Positions 1 through 7,696 of a DNA stretch of 32,000 bases are shown one piece after another (position 1 is the stretch's first letter; every line of letters begins with the position of its first letter). The translations under genes were made by a program, and so were the position numbers. Origin of the DNA: Breznakia sp. PF5-3 (lineage in GTDB: Bacteria; Bacillota_I; Bacilli_A; Erysipelotrichales; Erysipelotrichaceae); contig NZ_JAQFIQ010000008.1 in NCBI RefSeq assembly GCF_029504745.1, positions 1 through 32,000 on the forward strand, written 5' to 3'. The notes below the pieces were generated by a model, which saw nothing but the letters and a program-made list of their open reading frames with translations, had not been told where the DNA came from and searched no databases.

Positions 1-95
1 ATTTCCGCTGCTGCTACACGAAGCGTTCCATCCATTGCTTGCAATAGCATTAAACAAGCTAAAAATGCTGCTCCTATTTTCTTTATCTTTTTCAT
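1..95 (-). CDS. N-terminal fragment of a secreted protein (continues beyond left edge)
   Basis: Not in the ORF track because it is truncated. The minus-strand ATG at 95..93 reads MKKIKKIGAAFLACLMLLQAMDGTLRVAAAE, a K-rich n-region plus hydrophobic core like a Sec signal peptide. It lies 11 nt downstream of 107..559 on the same strand. Confidence 0.4.
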   Translation of the reverse strand, partial: MKKIKKIGAAFLACLMLLQAMDGTLRVAAAE

Positions 96-106
96 TCTTG
101 TTTCCC

Positions 107-559
107 TTAACAACCTTTCTTCGCCTGTTTTTGATATGCTTTAAATGCTTTCTCCAAAGCATCTATTGTTTTCTTACTTTGATCTTTTCGAAACGCCTTT
201 AAACACTTTACTAACTCTGCTTGCTTTTTATAAAGTGCTTCCGCTTGTTTACTGTGATTCTTTTTCAACGCTTTATTTTGCACTTCCAAACGTTCTATAA
301 AATCATCTACATCTTCAAACCATGCTTCACTACACAAGTCCCCACTTGATAATAATGCTGTTAAATCTTTTGCATTTTGTTTTGGAAACTTACAAATATC
401 ACTTACTGCGTCCTCTATCTTTTGATCCTTTGTCTTCTCTTTATTACACCTACAAAGAGCTAACAATAATAATAGAATAAGAATTATAATCAATACATCT
501 TTTACCCTCACAGGACGTTTCTTGATATAGAATAATATCTTATTTAAAAACTCTTTCAT
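107..559 (-). CDS. hypothetical N-terminally membrane-anchored, K/A/Q-rich helical protein
   Basis: 150-aa ORF. It has a single hydrophobic segment (VLIIILILLLLLAL) after a basic N-terminus, and the rest is charged and helix-prone. It starts 9 nt after the stop of 569..1894. No family recognised. Confidence 0.6.
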   Translation of the reverse strand: MKEFLNKILFYIKKRPVRVKDVLIIILILLLLLALCRCNKEKTKDQKIEDAVSDICKFPKQNAKDLTALLSSGDLCSEAWFEDVDDFIERLEVQNKALKKNHSKQAEALYKKQAELVKCLKAFRKDQSKKTIDALEKAFKAYQKQAKKGC

Positions 560-568
560 ATATTTCCC

Positions 569-1894
569 CTAATTAAATATTTCTTTTGTTTTTTTAATTA
601 CAACTAATGATCCTACAAGCAATACAATCCATACTCCTTTGTTGCTTACATCTCCAGCACTTGGTGCTTTTGATGCTGCTTCAAAAGTTGTAGATGTAGT
701 ATTATCTGAAGGTGCTGGTTTATTTGGTTGTGGTGTTGGATTTGGTGTTGGTATAACAGCAGTTAATTCTTCTATTTTGAATTTCGCAATCCATGTTGTA
801 TATCCATACCCATTTATGACATACCCATTATCTGCTGTTCTTGTGAAACCATATACATATTTATTCCCTGCATTTGCATCAAATAGTACTTGAGAAAAAA
901 CTTCATTTCCATCCAAATCTGTTTTAATCAAATATAATGAATCTTTTGCATTTATTGTTTTTGAACCAATTAGTACATATCCATCTTCAACCCCTATAAC
1001 TCTATCTACACTCACTTCTCCTGGATAATACAATTTTTTCCAGAGCATATTTCCATCACGATCTAGCTTTAATAAAAATCCTGCTTTACTTGTTCTCTCT
1101 GTTCCTGTGAAAATTAAATTTCCATCAGCAGATAAAGAACACCCTGAAATACTTTCATGATTACCAACAGAATATGTCTTACTCCAAATCTTATTTCCAT
1201 TTCCATCTACTTTAATTATGTAGCTTTGATATCCTGTATTTTCATATTGAACATAACCAGCAAAAATATATTCATTATCTGATACTTTCATCGATCTATA
1301 TAAGTACATTTGATATTGAGGTTCTGTAATCAGATTAAAATTCTTTTGGTTCCCATTCGCATCAGTCTTAACAATCAAACCATGTTTATCATCACTTCCT
1401 GCAGCTAAATATCCTCCATCAGCAGTCTGTTCAACGGCATAAAACATTTCAAAATACTCCCCTCCGTATTGTTTTGACCACTGTTGCTTCCCATTTGCGT
1501 CGGTTTTTACTAACCAACCATCGCCACGTTTTGTAGCAGATTGATTTCGTGTATACCCTGCAGCTATATAGCCACCGTCTTGCGTTTCCCTAGTCGACCA
1601 TAGCTCATCTGTTTCATTACTACCATATTGTTTCTGCCACTGTAAATTACCATTCACATCGTGTTTTGCGAGCACTCCATCCTGATAGCCATTATCCTTT
1701 TGCCCAGGAAGAGCACCATATATTCTTCCTGAAGAAATGGATCCTCCATCCTTCGTTGCAGAGACACTTAAAAATCCTCCATTGACTTGACTTTCCGTTT
1801 TCTCCCAAAGTTCTTCTGCTTGTTGCTCCCCATACATTGTTGTCGTTAATGACAACATAAATACAATCACTAATAAACTCCCTAATCTTTTCAT
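569..1894 (-). CDS. secreted/cell-surface beta-propeller repeat protein with C-terminal sorting-type signal
   Basis: Signal peptide MKRLGSLLVIVFMLSLTTTMYG. About 7 repeats of the pattern [TS]xDGGY(I/L)xAG ... K(T/V/L)DxNGNxxWxKxY. A Pro/Thr/Asn linker (PTPNPTPQPNKPAPSDNTTS) follows, then SAGDVSNKG, a hydrophobic stretch and a KKTKEIFN tail. RBS GAAGAGGAGAAC lies upstream. Confidence 0.8.
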   Translation of the reverse strand: MKRLGSLLVIVFMLSLTTTMYGEQQAEELWEKTESQVNGGFLSVSATKDGGSISSGRIYGALPGQKDNGYQDGVLAKHDVNGNLQWQKQYGSNETDELWSTRETQDGGYIAAGYTRNQSATKRGDGWLVKTDANGKQQWSKQYGGEYFEMFYAVEQTADGGYLAAGSDDKHGLIVKTDANGNQKNFNLITEPQYQMYLYRSMKVSDNEYIFAGYVQYENTGYQSYIIKVDGNGNKIWSKTYSVGNHESISGCSLSADGNLIFTGTERTSKAGFLLKLDRDGNMLWKKLYYPGEVSVDRVIGVEDGYVLIGSKTINAKDSLYLIKTDLDGNEVFSQVLFDANAGNKYVYGFTRTADNGYVINGYGYTTWIAKFKIEELTAVIPTPNPTPQPNKPAPSDNTTSTTFEAASKAPSAGDVSNKGVWIVLLVGSLVVIKKTKEIFN

Positions 1895-1947
1895 TTTTTA
1901 GTTCTCCTCTTCCGATTTTAAACAGCAAAAAAGTTCCTATCGTATAT

Positions 1948-2085
1948 CTATCGACAAGAACCTTTAATGACAAAAAGATCATTTTCTTCATGATCTACTT
2001 TCAATTGCTTTGTATTCTCTCTCACTTCGTCTGCTATCCCTCGCCCTTGGCGCTTCTGAGTAAGAAATAAACTTTGCTCCTCCAT
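1948..2085 (-). CDS. possible 45-aa small ORF upstream of the surface-protein gene
   Basis: Hand translation of the minus strand gives MEEQSLFLTQKRQGRGIADEVRENTKQLKVDHEENDLFVIKGSCR. It is preceded by TAGGAGACGAACTTT-ATG and lies between an extended -10 promoter and the RBS of 569..1894. No family recognised, and it could be non-coding leader. Confidence 0.25.
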   Translation of the reverse strand: MEEQSLFLTQKRQGRGIADEVRENTKQLKVDHEENDLFVIKGSCR

Positions 2086-2125
2086 AAAGTTCGTCTCCTA
2101 TTCTGCCTTTAAAATCTATGATTTT

Positions 2126-2134
2126 AGTATAGCA
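2126..2134 (-). promoter_or_regulatory. extended -10 promoter element (TGcTATACT) for the 2085->1 operon
   Basis: The minus strand reads TTTTTTTTGCTATACTAAAATC. A TTTACA lies 19 nt upstream, which is suboptimal spacing. Confidence 0.4.
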
Positions 2135-2203
2135 AAAAAAACTACCCTTGTGTAAAAACTGTGACATTTGGTCGGTGAAACGGTATTTTTGGTAGTTTTT
2201 TTT
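2134..2203 (-). terminator. terminator-like element downstream of the ATPase gene (long-loop hairpin plus U-tract)
   Basis: Minus strand: AAAAAAAACTACC, about 44 nt, then GGGTAGTTTTTTTT. The 6-7 bp GC-containing stem is flanked by an A-run and a T-run. The unusually large loop lowers confidence. Confidence 0.4.
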
Positions 2204-2214
2204 GATTATATCGA

Positions 2215-4818
2215 TTATTTTTTAGGTTTATTCATAATTGTCTTTGTTAATTGAATAATAATAGTTGGTATAAATGCTAACCCATTTATAGTCAAAATAT
2301 CTTGAATACTTACAGGTGCAACAGCAAATACACCATGGAAGATTGTAAAGTATAGAATACTATTTAATAAAATATAGCCAACAAGGAAAGCATAGATGCT
2401 GTACTTGTTTGATGATAAACCAATTTTCCAAATTGGTTTATCACTACGACAGTTAAAGCCATGAAATAACCTTGATAGACAAAGCACCGAAAAGGCAAAG
2501 GTTGTAGCCATCGTTGTTGATGTTTCTAAACCAAGATAGAACGCTATAATCGTTGCTGTAGCAATCAAAAATCCTTCATATCCTATTTGCTTTAACGTTG
2601 TTTTATCTAATATGGAACTTCCTTGTTTTCTTGGTTTTTCATATAGTAGATATTTATTTGCTTTTTCCATTCCAATTGCAATTGCTGGAAGACTATCCGT
2701 AACTAAATTAATAAATAACAAATGAACTGGTAGAAACGGTAATGGTAACGCCAATATCGTACAATATAGTACAGTTAATATTCCTGAGAAATTACCTGAT
2801 AATAAATATGCAATTGCATTCTTAATATTAGCATATACATTTCTTCCGGTAACAACTGCTTTCACAATCGTTGAGAAATTATCATCTGTTAGAATCATAC
2901 TTGCTGCATCTTTACTTACTTCGGTACCTGTAATTCCCATTGCAATTCCAATATCTGCTTGTTTTAATGCTGGAGCATCGTTTACTCCATCACCTGTCAT
3001 CGCTACATTATGACCACGACTTTGCCATGCTTCAACAATTCGAATCTTATGCTCTGGTGCCACTCTGGCATAAACGCTGATCTTCTCAATTTTCTCATGC
3101 AATTCTTCATCACTCATGCTTTCCAATTCACGACCTTCGATACTGATATCTCCTGTATGGAAGATTCCAATTCGCTTAGCAATTGCCTCCGCTGTAATAC
3201 GGTGATCTCCAGTAATCATGATTGGTTTGATTCCGGCTGTAAAACAATTAGCAACAGCTTCTTCACTTTCTACTCTTGGTGGATCAATCATCGATGCCAA
3301 GCCTAGGAACACCAATTCTTCTTCATCGTCTAACGTTAAATCCTTTTTATCAAATTCACGATAGGCAAAGGCAAGTACCCGTTGTCCCTTTTTTGCGAAC
3401 CCTTCATTTTGCTTTGCAATCTCTTTGCGTATTGTATCATCCAAGGCTATCTCATTTCCCTGGAAATAATATTTTGTGCAAATTTTTAATAATTCATCTG
3501 GTGCACCCTTTACATATAACAAGGTCTTATCATGCACATTGTTCATCGTTGTCATTAACTTACGTACGGAATCAAATGGTAATTCTTTTATACGATAATA
3601 CTTTTCTCGTAAGTCCATTTCATTCATCCCAAATTTATGTGCTAAATCCACAAACGCCAACTCGGTTGGATCACCAATACGTTGCTCTTCATGAATGGTT
3701 GCATCATTACATAAGGTTGCAGCTATCGTCAATAATCGAAAATCTTTATTCTCCGTATCTATATCATCAACATGCGTCAATGTCTTATTCATATAAATAT
3801 TTTCAACACTCATTTTGTTTTGCGTTAAAGTTCCCGTTTTATCACTACAGATAATGGATACACACCCTAGTGTTTCTACTGCATTGATGTTCTTCATGAT
3901 AGCATGTTCTTTCACCATCTTTTGTGTACTGATGGATAATACAATCGTCACAATCGATGCCAATGCTTCTGGTATTGCTGCTACGGCTAATGCAACAGCA
4001 AACAAGAAAGCATCCAACAATGCTTCACCACGAAGCATGGTTAAACCAAATACGATAATACAAATACCAATGATGGCAAACGATAATTTTTTAGAAAAGT
4101 CATCCAAATTTCTTTGTAGGGGCGTACGCTTTTCTTTGGTTGCATTCATCAATTGGGCAATTCGTCCAATTTCCGTATTCATCCCTGTACTCGTTACAAC
4201 GACTTTCCCTCGCCCATAGGTAACTAGACCACTAGCGAAAACCATATTTTTTTGATCTCCAATAGGACAATCTTCATCGTCAATTTGTTCATTGTGCTTT
4301 TCTACACTTTCTACTTCTCCAGTTAATGAAGACTCATTAACTTGTAAAGAAAAAGCATCAATCACTCTACCATCTGCACTAATTACATCTCCTGCTTCGA
4401 CTAAGAACACATCACCAACAACAAGATCTGTAGATTTGATTTCCTTTACAACCCCAGAGCGAACAACCCGTGTAAAAGGTGTTGATAATTGTTTTAAACT
4501 ATCCAATGATTTTTGTGCACGTATCGTTTGTATTGTTCCTAAAATTGAATTCATTGTCACAACCACCAAAATAACAATTGCACTTTGCGCTTCGCCAACA
4601 ACAATTGAAATGGCACTTGCTACAAGCAACACGATTACCAATAAATCTTTAAATTGTTCAACAAAAATCTTCGCTATTCCGGGAGGCTTTTCTGCCGCTA
4701 ATTCATTTCTCCCATCTCTTTGCAAACGCTTCTGCGCTTCCTCATCACTAATTCCCTCTTTGGAAGAGTGAACATCTTCCAATACATCTTTTAAATTCAA
4801 ATTAACAATCTTTTTCAA
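2215..4818 (-). CDS. P-type cation-transporting ATPase, type II (Ca2+/Mn2+-ATPase-like)
   Basis: 867 aa. Motifs: phosphorylation site ICSDKTGTLTQN, hinge MTGDGVNDAPALKQADIGIAMG, A-domain LTGE, and about 10 predicted TM helices. TTG start with AGGAGGA 7 nt upstream. Confidence 0.95.
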   Translation of the reverse strand: MKKIVNLNLKDVLEDVHSSKEGISDEEAQKRLQRDGRNELAAEKPPGIAKIFVEQFKDLLVIVLLVASAISIVVGEAQSAIVILVVVTMNSILGTIQTIRAQKSLDSLKQLSTPFTRVVRSGVVKEIKSTDLVVGDVFLVEAGDVISADGRVIDAFSLQVNESSLTGEVESVEKHNEQIDDEDCPIGDQKNMVFASGLVTYGRGKVVVTSTGMNTEIGRIAQLMNATKEKRTPLQRNLDDFSKKLSFAIIGICIIVFGLTMLRGEALLDAFLFAVALAVAAIPEALASIVTIVLSISTQKMVKEHAIMKNINAVETLGCVSIICSDKTGTLTQNKMSVENIYMNKTLTHVDDIDTENKDFRLLTIAATLCNDATIHEEQRIGDPTELAFVDLAHKFGMNEMDLREKYYRIKELPFDSVRKLMTTMNNVHDKTLLYVKGAPDELLKICTKYYFQGNEIALDDTIRKEIAKQNEGFAKKGQRVLAFAYREFDKKDLTLDDEEELVFLGLASMIDPPRVESEEAVANCFTAGIKPIMITGDHRITAEAIAKRIGIFHTGDISIEGRELESMSDEELHEKIEKISVYARVAPEHKIRIVEAWQSRGHNVAMTGDGVNDAPALKQADIGIAMGITGTEVSKDAASMILTDDNFSTIVKAVVTGRNVYANIKNAIAYLLSGNFSGILTVLYCTILALPLPFLPVHLLFINLVTDSLPAIAIGMEKANKYLLYEKPRKQGSSILDKTTLKQIGYEGFLIATATIIAFYLGLETSTTMATTFAFSVLCLSRLFHGFNCRSDKPIWKIGLSSNKYSIYAFLVGYILLNSILYFTIFHGVFAVAPVSIQDILTINGLAFIPTIIIQLTKTIMNKPKK

Positions 4819-4850
4819 TATATGATCCTCCTGAATTGAAATGCTTTTAA

Positions 4851-4896
4851 TAAAAAAAGACTCATTAAAAGCAAAAAATTACTTTTAATAAGTCTT
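4851..4896 (-). terminator. intrinsic terminator forming the expression platform of the upstream riboswitch
   Basis: Minus strand: AAGACTTATTAAAAG-taatttttTG-CTTTTAATGAGTCTT followed by TTTTTTTATT. The 15-bp stem has one mismatch. It sits about 30 nt upstream of the ATPase RBS. Confidence 0.75.
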
Positions 4897-4973
4897 GTCT
4901 TTAAAATTTAGCCAGGAATTCTCATTCCGTGATGTTGACTAAATCACACAACTTCGTGCGACTACTCCCTTAT
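4888..4973 (-). promoter_or_regulatory. yybP-ykoY-like (Mn2+) riboswitch aptamer
   Basis: Minus-strand RNA: AUAAG-GGAGUAG-UCGCACgaaguuGUGUGA-UUUAGUC-AACAUCAC-GGAAUgagaAUUCC-U-GGCUAAA-UUUUAAAGACAAGAC-UUAU. The 5' GGGAGUAG and 3' A(G/A)CAAGAC boxes match the yybP-ykoY signature as I recall it from the L. lactis and B. subtilis examples. The closing helix AUAAG/CUUAU overlaps the terminator's 5' arm. Confidence 0.7.
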
Positions 4974-4983
4974 CAATGTATTC

Positions 4984-5011
4984 ATTCTATCATAAATAAA
5001 TAATATTACAA
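4984..5011 (-). promoter_or_regulatory. sigma-A-type promoter driving the riboswitch-ATPase unit
   Basis: Minus strand: TTGTAA, a 16-nt spacer, then TGaTAGAAT (extended -10). The predicted start lies a few nt before the aptamer. Confidence 0.6.
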
Positions 5012-5046
5012 TTCATTTAATGAAATTCTTCCTCTGATAACTACAG

Positions 5047-6987
5047 CTATTTTCCTGTTTCAAATTTTATTCCTAACTCGTAACTATTTAATTTCCCATA
5101 TATAAATTTTAAAGTCACCTTTGATGTATCACTTTCATAAGTCATCGTTGTCGTATTTGAATTGATACGAATACTTTTAGGTTTTCCATAAACCAAACGC
5201 ACATCTTGAATAGAGGAGCCCATTTGAAAACCTCCTGGGAAATATATCTCCTTCATCGAAGCTTCTAAACCATTATTGATTCCTACCGTCATAATATAAC
5301 AATCTTTAGGATGTGCTGCTTTATCTGACATATTATACAAAATAATTGGAATTTTATTTCCATTTTTATCAATAACATCATAAAAGTCCGGCCCTGTCTT
5401 CTTTGCATCAATTCGATAAGCCGCTTCAATTCCTAAATCATAACCTGTCTTTTCTAAATCAAGACCTTTTACTGGAAGTTCAATTGTAACCCCATTTATC
5501 AAGATTTGATTACTATCCCAAGGCACTGGAAATACAGTACTTGTTGCTGGAGCACTTTGTTCAATAGATTTTAACGAAACTAAATTTTTTCCTGTTTCAG
5601 ATTGCTTTTGAAATTTTTCTAATATTTCTTCAAACCCCAATGGATAATTAGATATTTTCGAATCATATAATGCAACCTCAAGATTATCAAAATTGTATTC
5701 TTTTTTAATATCCACACTATTCACATTTAACTCACCAACAGCATAATAATAGTGTTTTTCACCATTATTATTTTTAAATATCACTTCATAAACATAAGAG
5801 TCCCTTGCCTCTCCCTTTTTTAATCCACTTATATCCGTCATTGAACGCTCTTTAGATACAGTAAAGGAATTCATTATCTTTTTATCATCTTTATCATATT
5901 TTTCACTAATAATCGCCATTCTCTTTATACTATCTAAGGCATAATCTTTATCATCAGATTGCTTAAGCGCAACAAGTTCTTCTTTAAAAGCATTACTTTC
6001 TTCATACTCTTTTAGTTTATTATTTACTATCTTTGCTTGTTGATCATTCAACATATCCATGTTATAAATCTGTGTTGATAATTTTTCAATCTTAAATTTT
6101 TTAGGTTTTGATTCCACCGTAATATTTAAAGCATTCGAAATAGCTTCATCTTTTTTCATCCATTGTATTTCAATATCTTCCCCATTTTTTAACTTTCCAT
6201 TATTTTTACTAATGACTTCTATGCGTCCTTCTTTCATATATCTAGTCTTCATCACTTCTTCTATACTTTTTGTACGCAATAACAATTGTTGATCACTTCC
6301 ACCACCAATAACTATATTATCTAAATCATATACAATACGTATTTGCCCATATCCATTTTGTCCAGAAAAGTAGAATGGAATATCATATGTTAGATGTAAA
6401 GTAATCTCTTTGGCAATAACCTTTGTTTGCACAAACCATGTACCAAAAATCAATCCTCCATAAAGTAACACCATTGCCCCTTTGATAATTACTGTTTTAT
6501 TATTCATTGGTGGTTGTTCATCTAAATAAGTTGCTTTTAAACTCAACAACACTGCACCCAATTTTAAAACCATTGTAGCCAATGCTATATAAAATGCATA
6601 CACCAAACTAGAATATGCGTTATACCAAACAAATATTTTTAATTCATTATGCAATGCTCCATTACTTAAAAAAAGCAATATATAGTATAATGACAAATCT
6701 AATAAAACAGATAGTATCATACAAACAAGCAATGCGTTTGTAATCTTTGTCCGTGGTTTATCACCAGTAAATAAAAGTTTATAAATACTATACATACTAA
6801 GCAAACTCATTCCTATTAAGCCAATCCAGACAAAGCCATTGCTTGTTGTATAGAAATACACTGGTGCCTGAATAATTTCTTCTAAATTTTGATAAGTAAA
6901 AATAGTATCATATACATAATATAAAACCACTCCTCCAATCAAAAAGATGACCATCGTCATAATTGGTAATCTTCTAAGCTTATACAT
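5047..6987 (-). CDS. hypothetical multi-pass membrane protein with large C-terminal soluble region
   Basis: The ORF track starts at a TTG (7002). GGAGGG lies 7 nt before the ATG at 6987, so I use MYKLRRLPIMTMV as the start. About 6 hydrophobic helices fill the first ~200 aa, followed by a ~440-aa K/E/N-rich region. No family recognised. Confidence 0.7.
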   Translation of the reverse strand: MYKLRRLPIMTMVIFLIGGVVLYYVYDTIFTYQNLEEIIQAPVYFYTTSNGFVWIGLIGMSLLSMYSIYKLLFTGDKPRTKITNALLVCMILSVLLDLSLYYILLFLSNGALHNELKIFVWYNAYSSLVYAFYIALATMVLKLGAVLLSLKATYLDEQPPMNNKTVIIKGAMVLLYGGLIFGTWFVQTKVIAKEITLHLTYDIPFYFSGQNGYGQIRIVYDLDNIVIGGGSDQQLLLRTKSIEEVMKTRYMKEGRIEVISKNNGKLKNGEDIEIQWMKKDEAISNALNITVESKPKKFKIEKLSTQIYNMDMLNDQQAKIVNNKLKEYEESNAFKEELVALKQSDDKDYALDSIKRMAIISEKYDKDDKKIMNSFTVSKERSMTDISGLKKGEARDSYVYEVIFKNNNGEKHYYYAVGELNVNSVDIKKEYNFDNLEVALYDSKISNYPLGFEEILEKFQKQSETGKNLVSLKSIEQSAPATSTVFPVPWDSNQILINGVTIELPVKGLDLEKTGYDLGIEAAYRIDAKKTGPDFYDVIDKNGNKIPIILYNMSDKAAHPKDCYIMTVGINNGLEASMKEIYFPGGFQMGSSIQDVRLVYGKPKSIRINSNTTTMTYESDTSKVTLKFIYGKLNSYELGIKFETGK

Positions 6988-7104
6988 TCTTATTCCCTCC
7001 AAATCTACTTGTTTATCATACTATAAATCTTTGATAAATGCTCATTTATTTTGGAAAACAAATAGCATCATGGTATAGTTGTCCTAAGGAGTTATAAAAC
7101 AATT

Positions 7105-7665
7105 ATGAAAGAAACGTTATTAATTTACACATCATCAAAACAAGCGAAAGCAGAGAAAATAAAAACTATATTACAAGAGCAATACGAAGTTCGCATCATT
7201 GGTGACCAAGAGACAAAACAAACCATTGGATACTTATTTCAGCTTCCTGGGTTTACTGAAAATACCAAAGATGAAAATACTAGCTTTGCTTTTGACATGA
7301 TGATTCTTCCAATAATGAAACATGAAGAAATCAATGCCCTATCAAAACAATTAAGAGACCAAGATCTTGATATTGAGCGCAAAGCTATGCTAACAGAACA
7401 CAATCGTCATTGGACCCTAGCAGCTTTACTAAAAGAAGTAGATGAAGAACACACCTACTTCATGAAACGCAATGAACTTGGATATCTTATACAAGACCTT
7501 ATGAAGATAGATCCTGCTTCCCTTCCTGAAGTTGAAGCAGTTACTTTTAAAAAGATGCTTGTAGATGCATATGATGTATTACAAGAACAAAAAAGCATTG
7601 TTGAAGATTTCCAAAATCATTACAACGCACTACAAAAACACTTTGGACATCACTTAAAAAAATAA
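7105..7665 (+). CDS. hypothetical protein, DUF3783-like N-terminal region
   Basis: 186-aa ORF. The pattern MKETLLIYT...IGYLFQLPGF...KAMLTEHNRHWTLAALLKEVDEEH resembles DUF3783 proteins of Clostridia, from memory only. A TTGGAA-17-TATAGT promoter lies upstream. Confidence 0.5.
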   Translation: MKETLLIYTSSKQAKAEKIKTILQEQYEVRIIGDQETKQTIGYLFQLPGFTENTKDENTSFAFDMMILPIMKHEEINALSKQLRDQDLDIERKAMLTEHNRHWTLAALLKEVDEEHTYFMKRNELGYLIQDLMKIDPASLPEVEAVTFKKMLVDAYDVLQEQKSIVEDFQNHYNALQKHFGHHLKK

Positions 7666-7696
7666 ATGCGTAGCTTATGCTAGGCATTTATTTTTT
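7658..7696. terminator. bidirectional intrinsic terminator between convergent genes
   Basis: AAATGCGTAGC-ttat-GCTAGGCATTT (one mismatch) is flanked by AAAAAA on the left and TTTTTT on the right. It overlaps the treC stop codon. Confidence 0.65.

Noticed and set aside
639-893. Plus-strand 84-aa ORF, and similar track entries at 8062, 9598, 10518, 11949, 14338, 15509, 15606, 17209, 18159, 18698, 18811, 19092, 19820, 20612, 22993, 28052, 28629, 28915, 30571 and 31364
   Set aside because: All of them are antisense to well-supported genes and lack SD sequences and recognisable motifs.
1692-1991. Minus-strand 99-aa ORF overlapping the start of the propeller gene. Similar same-strand out-of-frame ORFs occur at 17067..17306, 20219..20401 and 22090..22299.
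   Set aside because: They overlap out of frame with better-supported genes, or are antisense to them, and have no RBS. The part of 1692..1991 that lies in the spacer is better explained by the 45-codon frame or a leader.
3010-4771. Long plus-strand ORFs (98-192 aa) antisense to the ATPase gene
   Set aside because: They lie entirely inside a confidently identified minus-strand gene. Their translations are low-complexity (S/L/H/F-rich), and they have no RBS. They are typical shadow ORFs.
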